Assembly (NCBI GenBank): GCA_043228905.1
Contig: JBHGNT010000002.1
Span: 18,724,001 to 18,788,000, forward strand
Reading direction: 5' to 3'
DNA: 64,000 bases
Source: Azolla caroliniana
Lineage: Eukaryota; Plantae; Polypodiophyta
The position numbers and the translations under genes are program-made. The notes under the pieces are model-generated. The model ran no database searches. It was given only the letters and a program-made list of their open reading frames with translations, and had not been told where the DNA came from. How positions within the stretch are numbered: position 1 is the stretch's first letter; each line of letters starts with the position of its first letter. Of the stretch, positions 13,100 through 24,974 are shown in pieces.

Positions 13100-13816
13100 C
13101 ATTTATCCAACGTCTTTGGGAGCTCCCTAAACGAAGGTACCCAAGGTTGGCACTTATGTCATCAAGACAACTGGCTGAAAATGGAGACACTCATTGTTGG
13201 TATTCTAAACCTCGAGTCACATAAATGCACTACCCTGGTTCCAATATAGCTTGGACTATCCCCATCTAAATATGACCAAAGTGGAAAAGAACAAAGTGAT
13301 CCGAACTGATATTATTAACTTGGAAAACAAGATAACATGGATCACTCCTACTAATGCTACAAGTCAATCACGGGATACACAAATGGGCCCTAGACCAGGA
13401 CATAACAAAGGGGTTACAATTGATTGGGCAATAGCAATTTGCCGTGCACGTAGACCCCAGCCCCATGGACCATGACCTCGACACCCTTGTCATCGATAGA
13501 TAAAAGCCATTATCTCTCGCCATCGTAGGTGCTTCCCTCGCTTCGGAGGCATTTCCATTCTGGATCGACCTATGCTAGAGATCTTTCAAAGACAAAAGCT
13601 ACAATATACCTAACTTGAGAATCTCACATGTGCCAAAAACCAAATTCCCTCGTTTCTTCTCTTTTCATCTTATTTACTATTATATTTATTGTGTAATATT
13701 TATTTTATTTTGATTTGTCCTCAAAGACGAGAAAACACTCAAGATGGAATCTCTTATTTGATCTTATAGGCCATTTTGGCCTCTTAAAAGACGTTAATAT
13801 ATCTTTCTTTCTTTCC
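13100..13816 (+). mobile_element. Longer copy of the LINE-like 3' end with (TTTC)n tail
   Basis: 13510-13816 is the reverse complement of 11643-11944. The 5' boundary is approximate. Confidence 0.7.
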
Positions 13817-14927
13817 TAAACAAATAGTTATGTCTTATTTTCTAAAACTATGTTTTCTTTTCCTTTAAGTAACTATGTTTTCTTCCTCAAAGGATAGATA
13901 TGATTTTTTCCTAGAAGTAAAGATATGATTGCTTCACTATGAGTAAAGAAACTAAAAATAGATTGTCATCATACCATACAATCTACACTCTCTAATAACC
14001 AATTGATCTACTTGGTGACCATGACATTATCTCCTAGTTTAGCGTCAACTTTCACAAGGGGCAAGATTATATGGGTACTAAAGATGGAGCTCTTGATCCT
14101 CATCTTTAGCATTATTCAGATGTTTGGTAGGTTCCCAAGTAGCTTTCAACATTAGGTAGCCCTTCCACAAGACTAGATATCATAGTTGACATCTTAAACT
14201 TTTTGAATCAAAGAACTCTGTCACTTCCTACTCATCTTTGTCTACCGAGGAAGGGATGCTCCAATTTGCATTACGGATCATGGTTTCATGTTACAGTTCC
14301 AACCATATTGTATGCAATACATCATGGATCCAAAAATGCATAGGGAGGTCTATTTGGAACACGCCAAATTAGTTTGCCCCTTCATATGGAAAGATCCTAA
14401 CCTCTTGACATCCAACAAAAAGCAAGGGGGAGTTTTCATGATCATTTGGATTTGGTCTAGTCTTGAAAGGGACTATGCTTTGGGTAATTGACCCCATCCT
14501 CTTATTCAAATCCCAAATTTCACACGACAAGAAAGGGTTTCGACTTTGGTAGGTGGGATCATGAAAGAAAATAAAAGCTTGCCGAGAGAGGGCTCACGAG
14601 AATGAATCAAATTGGGTAGGCTCATGGAAACAAGTGGCAACTTGGACTGAGGAGGGCTAGTGGAAAAGAATAGGACCTTGGTCAAGGGTAAGCTCATGGA
14701 GGCCAACAAAACATTAGCTCAAAGTGAGCTTTTAGAAGCAGAAGAAACTTTGGCCTTGAGTGGGTTTACAAAGCCAGAGGGAGCCTAGGCCCACTATGGT
14801 GAACAAAAGCAAACAAGCCTCGATGGTCATGAGCTGGATTGTGACAGCACAAAAGGAATCAACACTCAAAATCAGCTCACAAAAGCAAACAAACAAGATG
14901 GGAATTCTTAGACTCTTTATTAATTTT

Positions 14928-17900
14928 TGTAAAAGAATATGAATCTGTGTGGAAGCGTGTGCGTACAACACAGAGGATAGTTCGGAATTAAGACAGTTCG
15001 TTAAAACACAGAAAACGCAAAGATGGAGATGGGAGGGAGAGGCAGAGAGTGAGAGAGCAGAACACCGAAAAACTCAGATTCAAAATAATGACTCTCTGTG
15101 TACATACTTCGTGCTCAGTGAGCACCTTTTATACAAGCCCTGACTATCGGGCTGACACAAGTACTGACAGTACTTGACTGCTCATAAATGAGCATCCTAC
15201 ACTTACTCCCAAAACTATTTCTTACGAGGAATATCATTCTTACGGCCTCTCGGTGTCTGCACCGTTACATCCATGTTGTGCGTAACTGTTTTACAAACCC
15301 GATTACGCACCGAATGTTGAGCTTGTCTCTCAACACTCCCCCTCAAGCTCAACTTGAGGTCCCATCCGCTCTTCCGGATCTTGGCTCCGGCCTCTTTTGG
15401 CTTCACGCCTCGCTCGCGCTCCTCGACCCGTTCGATTCCGCGCGCTTCGACCCTTCCGGTCAGCTTGTCTGCTCATGTGGCCCTTCTCAGCTCCCTTGCT
15501 GTCGCGGTGTTGGCACCTCTTTCGTTGCCCTTTCTTCCGCGTGGTCCTCAGTCGATTCTTAATGTCCGAATCAAACATTTCGATTGAATCGAACATTTTC
15601 GATTCAATTCCATTTTTGCCCGAATTGGTTGTCTCCAATTCGTCTTCTGTTTTCAGGCCTTTGACAATATCAGACCAGGTCTTGGCCTTATCTCCCCCTG
15701 ATTCGGCTATTTTCAGCTCTTCCGTGTGGTTACGGCCCCTGCTTCCTTCTTCGGCTTTTTCAGCCAGCCCGAAACCGAATTCTTCATCCAACTCCGCATC
15801 AGGGTCACTTCCGCCGCAATGATCACCTCCACTCCTTTCATTCTCTTGTTCCTGTCTCCCCCTCAAGTTCGGTGTGTTGAGGTGACGCAAACCCAGCTCA
15901 CCCGAGAAATGTCGTAACTTGTTGAGACCAAGAGGTTTGGTGAAGATGTCGGCAACCTGCCGATCCGTCGGAACATATGCTAGTTCGACTTCACCAGAAA
16001 GGACCCGCTCACGAACAAAATGGTAATGCACCTCAATGTGCTTGGTTTGGGCTTGGCGTACGGGGTTTTTGCAAGGTGGATACTGCTTAGGTTGTCGCAA
16101 TAGATCGTCGTCGGATCAGACACCTCCACATGCAGATCTCGTAACAATCGTTTCAGCCAAATGACTTCGCACGTAGCGACAGTCACCCCTCGATATTCGG
16201 CCTACGTGCTCGACAGTGCTATTGTTGGCTGCTTCTTACTGCTCCACACGATCGCCGCACTTCCTAATGAGAAAGCGTATACGGATGTGGATCTACGATC
16301 ACTGGTGTTTCCGGCCCAATCAGCATCCGTGTAGCCAACTAAGTGTTCGACTACGCCTTCCCGATACAGCAACGTCATGTCTTTTGTGCCGCTGACATAT
16401 CGCAATATCCTTTGTGCGCACTGAAGGTGTTCAACCGTAGGCTGCGACATGAATTGACTAATCAGTCCGACCGGGTAACTGAGGTCCGGTCGAGTAATCG
16501 TCAAATAGATAGGCTTCCGACAATCTGTCAAAACCGTGTCGAGTTGCACGCCTTTCCCGAATCTCGACAAAGTTTTACATTTCTATCTAGAGGGGTCAAG
16601 ATGGGCTTACAATTTGCCATCCCGAATTTGAAGAGCATATTCAGCGCGTAATGATGTTGGCTTATCAATATGGCTTCGGGGGCGCAGATCACTTCGATCC
16701 CGTGGAAGTAATGAAGGTCTCCAAGATCCTTCATTTCGAATGATGCCGCAAGCTGAGACATTACATGAAGGATTTCATCTAGGTCGGCACCGGCGATGAC
16801 TAAATCATCAACATACAGTAGAAGGCTAACCGGTCCATGTTCACCTTGCCGAACAAACAGTGAAGAGTCTGATTTCGATGTTGTAAACCCCATCTTACGC
16901 AATCGTTGCGTAACCTTTGCATTCCAGGCTCGCGGGGCTTGTTTAAGTCTGTAGAGTGACTTCTTCAGTCGGCCAACTGCCGAAGTGTTTCGTTCGGATA
17001 GAAATCCAGGGGTTGTACCATGTACACCTGTTCCTCAAGATCACCTTGCAAGAACGTGTTCTTTACATCCATTTGATGTAAGTGCCACCCCTTTGCTGCC
17101 GCGACGGCTAACAGAGCTCACACAGTAGTAATCTTCGCAACCGGCGTGAAGGTCTCGTCGTAATCTACATCGTGCTTCTACACGTAGCCTTTTGCAACTA
17201 AACGAGCCTTATAGCGGTTGATAGAGCCGACGGTGTTGTACTTGACCTTGTATACCCACCTGCATCCGATTGGCTTCACACCTTTCGGTGCGTCAACCAA
17301 GTCCCAAGTCTCATTGTCAGTTAAAACGCGCATCTCTTCCTCCATTGCGGCACACCAATTTGCGTCTTTCTCCGCTTCTACGAGCTCTCCGGCTCATGCA
17401 CTGCCGCCACTCACGTCATGTACGCATAATGATGCGCCATGTACTCATTATACCCGTACCTCTTTACGGGGTTCTTCTGGCGGGTAGATCGGTGTAATTC
17501 GTGATTACCCGATTTCACGGCCTTTTCGGCCGATTTCGACCTCTTCCGTGGAGGTTCCTTCTCAATTGGCTCAAAGTCAAATACGCTCCGATCTGATTCG
17601 GCACTGTCAAAGTCATACTCCGACATCTTTTTCTTCCCCTTTTCCTTGCGCATAAACCATCTCCTCAGTTCCTTATGCGAGGATAATATGGCCAAATCTC
17701 CACTATTCGCCGTCTCTTCAATAGGTTGGCCATCTCGGCCCAACCCCTCATTCGGCCCACTTAGCCGAAATGAGATCGGACTCTCCTCCAAAGCTCTGAT
17801 TTCTTCATCACGCGGAGGCATCTCGGCCTTGCTGACCACTTCTTCAGAATTCAGAATGGAGTCAAGAGGTGTTGGAGGTGAGGGCAAGTACCACGAAGCG

Positions 17901-20549
17901 AACTCGTCGAACACGACGTCTCGACTTACGCGGACTTCCTTTGTTCGGGGGTTATAACACTTATACCCCTTCTGCTCGTCTGAATAGCCGACCAAGATAC
18001 ACTTCTCGACTTTGGCATCTAGTTTCCTCCTCTTCTGCTTCGGCACGTGTACATATGCGATGCTGCCGAAAATCCTCAAGTGTGCCAAGTTCGGCTTCTT
18101 TCCGAAATATAGCTCATGTGGCAACACTCCTCCATATTAGCAGAAGTTCGATTCTGCAAGTAGATAGCCATCCTCACGACTTCAGCCCAATAAAATTTCG
18201 GCATACGCTTCTCTTCAAGCATTGCCCTGACCGCTTCTTCGATTGTCCAAATCTTCCGCTCGGCTACGTCGTTCTGCTCCGGCGTATATCTACACGAGAA
18301 TTCGCGTCGAATTCCCTCGTTCTGTAGATAACACTTGTGAACTGGTCAGAAAAGTACTCCTTCCCGCCATCGAACCGTAGGCATTTGATCTTACACCCTG
18401 TTTCCCTTTCCGCAAGGCTCTTCACCTTCAGGAAACACGCGAAGACTCGCTCTTCTTCACGACTGTGCATGCCCACATGTGCTGAGTAAAGTCGTCAATT
18501 AAGGTTACGAAGTAACGGCTTCCACCGAGAGTCACGTTCTATGCCGGTCCCCACACATCCGAATGGATCAAATCCAACAGATTTCGACTACGATTAGGCT
18601 CATTGGGGAATGGAAGTCGGTGCTATTTTCCCATCTGGCAAGCTTCGTAGACTTGGCCATTCCGACCCCGAAATTTCTGCAAGCGGAAAACAATGTTCTT
18701 CGTTTGCATTTCACGAAGCCACGAGAAGTTAATATGCCACAGGTCGATGTCCGACTCGACCTTCTGCCCTTTTGCGAACAGCGCGGTTCCGGCTTGATTA
18801 GTATCGAGGATAAACATCCTCCCTTCACGGTGCCCTTGCGCGATTATCTTGTCTTCCTCTTCTATGAAGCAGCCGAGATGCGTGAATCGAACTTGCATAC
18901 CTTAGTCGACGATCTGTCCAACTAACACAAGGTTCTTGGTTATTGTCGGGACGTGCAACACGTTCATGAGCTTCTCTTTTTGCCCGACGTGGCTGAGCGG
19001 AACTTCACCGACATGTTCGAGGGTATGCAGAGTGTCGTCTCCGGTTTCAACCACTCCTTGCTTTTTCGGCTTCTCCAAGTACGCGAACCATTCCTTGTGA
19101 CTCGTCATATGATTTGACGCTCCGAAATAAACATACCACACCTCGCTTGATTTCAAGATGTTCACGACCATCGAATTGGCCTTGTGCTTCATTACGAAGG
19201 CAGGGCCCGATCCATTTCCAGCTCGTTTGGAGCCCTTAGCATAGTGCAACTTTTGACGCCTTCCTGTCTCTCCCGCTCGGTCCGGCTTTGTCCGAATCGG
19301 CTTGTTTCTTCTAGCACTCGCTCTCCCTGTGGTCTTTCTTCCCACAGTACCAACATTCCGTTGCGACCTTATCTTGCCGGCTTCCGACGCCGCTATGTCT
19401 CCCCCTGCTTCCGGAGGGTTCAGAATTGCTTTCGGCATTTCGATTATGCCGTACATTCTACTCTTTTCGGCCGCCTCCATTACGCATCGATCCTCCTCGT
19501 CCACCACGACCACAGGTCCTATCTTCATCCGTGTATAGCATCTTTCCATCAACGTGCGTACTCATCAATGCACCCGCGTGGTTTTCCTCCATGAGCAACA
19601 TTGACTAAAGCTCGAAGAACGAAGGCGTATTCTCCCTCGTACAGACCGCCGTTTGGAACACTCCGAACTTGGACTGTAGCCCACCAAGGCACACTTGCAC
19701 CATCTCGTCCTCCTCAACGTTCACGTTGACGAAGGCAATTGAGCTACAAATTTCCTTGATTCGAGCGGTATAATCGGCCACAGACAGATATTTCTGCCAG
19801 ACATTGCTGAGCTCCTGTCTGAGCTACAACTTCCTAGGCATTGTGCTTGCGGCGAAAATCCTTTTGAGATTCGCCCACGCGCCCTTCGGCGTCTTGGCAT
19901 CTCGAATATAGCTCAATAGCTGGTCGCTCACATAGGATGCAAAGCAGTAGAGAACTCTGCTTGCCGCTTGTTCCCAAGCCGAAAAATCTCTGTGTGTCGA
20001 TTCGGGTGCTGTATCATTAGCTCCTTCGACATAACTCCAGTAGCCATGACCAAGCAGGTACTGGTGCATCTTGTACGACCAAGATGCGTAGTTGCTCCTG
20101 TCGAGCTTCTCAACCGGTAGCGAGCTTCCCATTCCTCTGTCCATGTCACTGTCTTGTCTTTTCCGAAATCAACAAGAATAAACTCAAACCTGTCTTTGTC
20201 GCAAGCTTTTCTGTCGGTTGCAAAGGAGTCTCAACCCTCGCGCTCTGATACCATGTAAAAGAATATGAACATGTGCAGAAGAGTGTGCGTACAACACAGA
20301 GTATAGTTCCAAAGTAAGACAGTTCCGTAAAACACAAAAAACGCAAAGATGGAGATGGGAGTGAGAGAGCAGAACACCGAAAAACGCTGATTCAAAATAA
20401 TGACTCTTTGTGTACATACTTCGTGCTCAGTGAGCACCTTTTATACAAGCCCTGACTATCGGGTTGACACAAGTACTGACAGTACTTGACTGCTCATAAA
20501 TGAGCATCCTACACTTACTCCCAAAACTATTCCTTACGAGGAATATCAT
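14928..20549 (-). mobile_element. Near full-length degenerate Ty1/Copia (3' LTR 14928-15335; 5' LTR 20254-20549, truncated)
   Basis: PBS TGGTATCAGAGC at 20242-20253 and PPT at 15336. Order is gag (KLDRSNYASWSYKM), protease (GASNHMT), integrase (HLRIFGSIAY), RT (LLYVDDL), RNase H ([21 protein letters not shown]). The two LTRs match. Confidence 0.95.
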
Positions 20550-20948
20550 ATATAAGAAAGCTAGCTATCTTCATGATGGGGCATATCTTTTCTTTATTGG
20601 TTTAAGATAGAGACTTTGATAGTGTGGCAAAGCTCTAGCTTCCTACACGTGTCTTCTTCTCCAAACCCAAGGTATGATCCATGTTCGTACACGATGCTAT
20701 GGAACACCAGCAAGGGACTTGGCTCCATGTCTCACCTTCGCAAGGGGGTGAACTAATGCCCTTTCTTCCTTATTTTCCTCTTAAAATTTGCTTAACGTTA
20801 ATTAAGATTCTAATAGTGTTAGGAACATTCCCAATCAAAGTTCAGGAAATGAGGTCATCAATCTCTGTTTGGGTTATGCATCTCAACCTAACTTAGACCA
20901 AGGATGAAGTACTCAAGAAAACATAGCCCTATTATGGGCACTAGCTCC

Positions 20949-21605
20949 AGAAAGAAAGAAATATATATTTAACATCTTTTAAGAGGCCAAAATGGACCGT
21001 AAGACCAAACAAGAGATTACATCTTGGGTGTTGTCTCACCTTTGAGAACAACCAATCGAAATAAAATAAATATTCCTAAGTAAATATAAAGGTAAATAAC
21101 ATAATCAGAAACTAAAGAATTTGGTTTTTGGCACATGTAAGATTAACTTTTTTCTTCGAAAGATCTCTTGCATAGGTCGATCTAGAATGGAGAGGTCTCT
21201 GAAGCAAGGGAAGTACCTATGATGGCAAGAGATAGTGGCCTTTATCTATCGATGCCAAGGGTGGTGAGGTTGTGATCCGTGGAGTCGGGGCCTATGTGCA
21301 CAACAAATTGCTATTGCGATTAAAGAAAGAAAGAAAGAAATATTAATGTCTTTTAAGAGCCCAAAATGGCCTATAAGACCAAACAAGTGATTACATCTCA
21401 AGTGTTGTCTCGTCTTTGAGAACAACAAATCAAAATAAAATAAATATTACTCCGTAAATATAAAAGTAAATAATATAAAAAGAGTCGAGGGAAACTGGTT
21501 TTCGGCGCATATGAGATTCTCAAGTTAGATGTATCGTAACTTTTCTCTTCGAGAGATCTCTAGCATAGGTCGATCTAGAATGGAAAGGTCTCTGAAGCGA
21601 GGGAC
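20949..21605 (-). mobile_element. Two adjacent LINE-like 3' ends (20949-21321, 21323-21605)
   Basis: Both begin with gaaagaaagaaa and match the 11643 copy. Confidence 0.7.
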
Positions 21606-22938
21606 GCAATCTTTTCGTACTGAAGAATACATGATGTCGATGAACCAAGATGTGTCTCTTTAATTGATCATAGGGATATTTGAAGCCCTAATCTACTTAG
21701 ATAGGGTCTTAAATCTTCAACAACCATGATAACAAATGATGTCCAAATACCAAGTTCCTAGAACACCTATCAATTACCATTTCCTAGCAATGCAATAAGA
21801 ACCACATTGACCACTTGTGGGCGTTGCCTTCTTTAAAAATTGGTATTTATCTACTTGGAATCATTGAGGGCATAAATTCCCCTTTTGTATACAATAGATA
21901 TACTTTTTTTGGTATATTACACAAATGTGAGCATGAACTATGCTTTTTCCCCTAAAAATAAATATGTCCTTTGCTTCCTAAAAGTTAAGATATTTTATTC
22001 GTCTAAAGGTAAAGAAACTGAAAATATACTATACAATCCAAACCATGCGAACTATACACTCTCAAAACCATATGATTTACCTACTGCCAACAATATAAAT
22101 TGGTTTGTAGAGGAAAATTTTAAAAAAGAAAATGTTGGAGAAAGTCTTATATGGAAGAATGAGGAATTAAAGTGACAAAAGATCATGCATTGTGATTTTT
22201 TCATACTTTTGGTGCAAATGGAAATGGTAGATCCTAGCAAATGCAAATTGTGAGAAAACTGTTATGAATTGTTGGTAAGGTGCCAAAGAGGCTATCAGCA
22301 AATTAAAGATAAACTAAAACAAGAACTATATTTCTTAGTGAGCCTCAAAGCATTTAAATACAAAAATAAGAGTGGGTTCTGTAATAGATGCATTTTGAAA
22401 TGAGAAGTCCATGTACCATTTGGGATGATGACATATTTTGAAGAGCCATAATTGAGGTGCCCAAGTGAGCATGCCATAACTGAGGATCTTCTTGAGCTAC
22501 CAAAGCATAGCTTTGATGAAGAAGATTGTGGTAGATTAAACTTGGAGGATCGTAATGATTTGTTAGAGTTCTTAAGACAATACAAGCCAACATCCTTTTT
22601 GCTACTAGCAACAATTTGTAGGTTGATGTCAATCACCTCTGAGTTAAAAGTTATAAAAATAGACACCATAACCTTGTTTAGTAATATGAGAAACTAAGGT
22701 TAAGCTAGCTAAAAGGCAACTTCCATGTAATACATTTTGAATAATTGTTGGTTGTTGACTAGAAGAACTAAAACAACATTACCATGTATGAAACCTCAAA
22801 ACTTGACAAAACACCAATAGAAATTCATGAATTCTTTGGTTGTATAGCACACAAGATAGACTTATCATAAGTCACATGACTTGTGCAATCCCTATCCACA
22901 ATCCAATTACCAAGAGAGTGTGTGCTTTGGCTAGTCAT

Positions 22939-23100
22939 AGAAAGAAAAGAAAGAAAGATATATTATCGTCTTCTAAGAGGCCAAAATGGCTTATAAGACC
23001 AAACAAGAGATTACATCTTAAATGTTGTCTCGTCTTTGAGAACAAATCAAAGTAAAAACAAATATTACTAAGTAAATAAGATAAAAAGAGATTAAAGAAT
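22939..23100 (-). mobile_element. Short LINE-like 3' end
   Basis: Same tail and ccaaaatggcttataagacc core; abuts a Copia RT fragment. Confidence 0.65.
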
Positions 23101-24974
23101 CTAGTTTGTCATCAACAATCTTGATTTTATATACCCATTTGTTAGGAATACCTTTCCTTCCTTTGGACGGTTCAAGCAAGCCCCAAATATTATTTAAATG
23201 CAAAGCCTTAATCTCTTCTTGCATAGCAAACTCCCATTTATTGTTGTGCTCACATGCCTTTGCCTCTTTATACGTAACAGGTTCTTCCTCATCAGTCAGC
23301 ATTATGTAGTGCAAAGAGGGATCAAATCTAATACGAGTAGAACATCTCACCCAGTGATCCATGTTGTTGGGAAATGGGTCAAAACTAGGTCTAATAGGTG
23401 GCTGGTCACGCTGAAATCTAACCCTTCTATGGTCATCGTTTGATGCACAATCGTTTTGAAGCACCCTTGCCTCGTTAAAAACAACATCCCAGCTAGTATA
23501 ACCTTCTCGAGCTGGGGTATCCAAATCTTGTAACCCATTTCACCTTCTTCACCATATCCCATGAAGAGGCCTTTAATGGACTTGGCATCAAGTTTGTTTC
23601 TCAACTCATGCCTTATATGTACAAAAGCCTCGCAGCCAAAGACACGTAAGTGATCATATGAAGTAGTTCTGCCAATGAACAAGATCAAGTAGAAAAGACT
23701 TACAAGACACACTAGAGTACAAGGAACGTTTCACTTGCTTACCATATTGACAATCATTATAGAAATCAAGCTTTGTAGCTTTAGTATCAAGCCTCTTTAG
23801 ATTACAAAGCCTATTGAGACCCTTTTGGCTCACATGCCCAAGTATCTTATCCCACAACTCCATATGGGATTAAACTTCAGCCAAAGCAATAAACTTGCAT
23901 GATAAAGCATTTCCATGTAAGCAATAAAGAGTTCCCTTCTTTGAGCCTTTCACAATCAGCCTTGAACCTTTTTTCATTTTCCATGATCCTCTCAAAGAGA
24001 ATGTTATAACCATGCATATCCATTTGACCCACAGAAAGAAAGCTCTTCTTGATCCATGGTACATAACGCACATTATGCAAAACTAGCTCATTAGTGCCAT
24101 TTGTAGAAAAATGCATTGTGCCAATACCCCCAATGTAACATGCATGAGTTTTGCAGCTGCGATAACATACCTATAAACAAGGACAAGTGTTCAACTACAT
24201 GCTTGGACTAATCCAGTTGCTGCCAAAAAGCTTTCACATCAAGCCTTTAGCTTGATGTGACATGCATTGTGTTTTCATATGTGGCCTTTAGCTTTGCCTA
24301 TACTTTGGAAGCAAATATCAAGCCTTTGAGATCTACCAAAATCTCATAAGAAACAAACATCTTAATGTATGTGACAAACTTTTTGTTCAAAATCAATTAT
24401 GCATCTTTTGACATGCCTTCAGAAAGAGATTTCCTTGTATTCTCTTCTTCCACAAGTCGAAACTTGTTCCCTCTAATCATTGAATCTCAAATAGATTCTT
24501 CACATCTGAGGAAGATTATCAACTAACTTGCACACTGAAGAGGTTATCCCGTTGAAAACGGCCTATTATCGACTGTTGAGATGCCCAAGAAGTTTCTGGA
24601 AGCTCCGGAGCAAGGTTCTTCACGATGAAACTAAAGATGATCGTGATAGAACACCTTTTCTTTCGTATACAACACTTGTGCAACAGTTCCGAAACCCTAA
24701 ATCCACTTTGATACCAATTGAGAGGGTCAGAAATGATGTCAATAGAGTTGAGGAACACGCGGGAGTCCACAAAGTATGGGCGCTTTAGCTGCAACAATAG
24801 AGCAATGGAGAGCGCAGTAGTTGGAGGAGCTCGCCTTTGAAGTGAGATCCAAAAGTTCTAAAGTTATGTTTTATATGACCCATTTAGGGTTGTTGGCCTT
24901 TATAATTAGGCCTATACATATATACACTAAAAGGGGGTCATTTAGGGCCTTTACCCCAACATCCCCCACTAACA
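23101..24974 (-). mobile_element. Internally deleted, truncated Copia (5' LTR ~24719-24974)
   Basis: PBS ctttgatacca at ~24706-24716; LHNVRYVP, HLRVFGCEAFVH, KLDAKS and WVYKIK motifs. Confidence 0.85.

Noticed and set aside
21700-22740. Nested host gene in the intron
   Set aside because: Short AT-rich ORFs with no recognisable domain or coherent exon structure; probably decayed transposon sequence.
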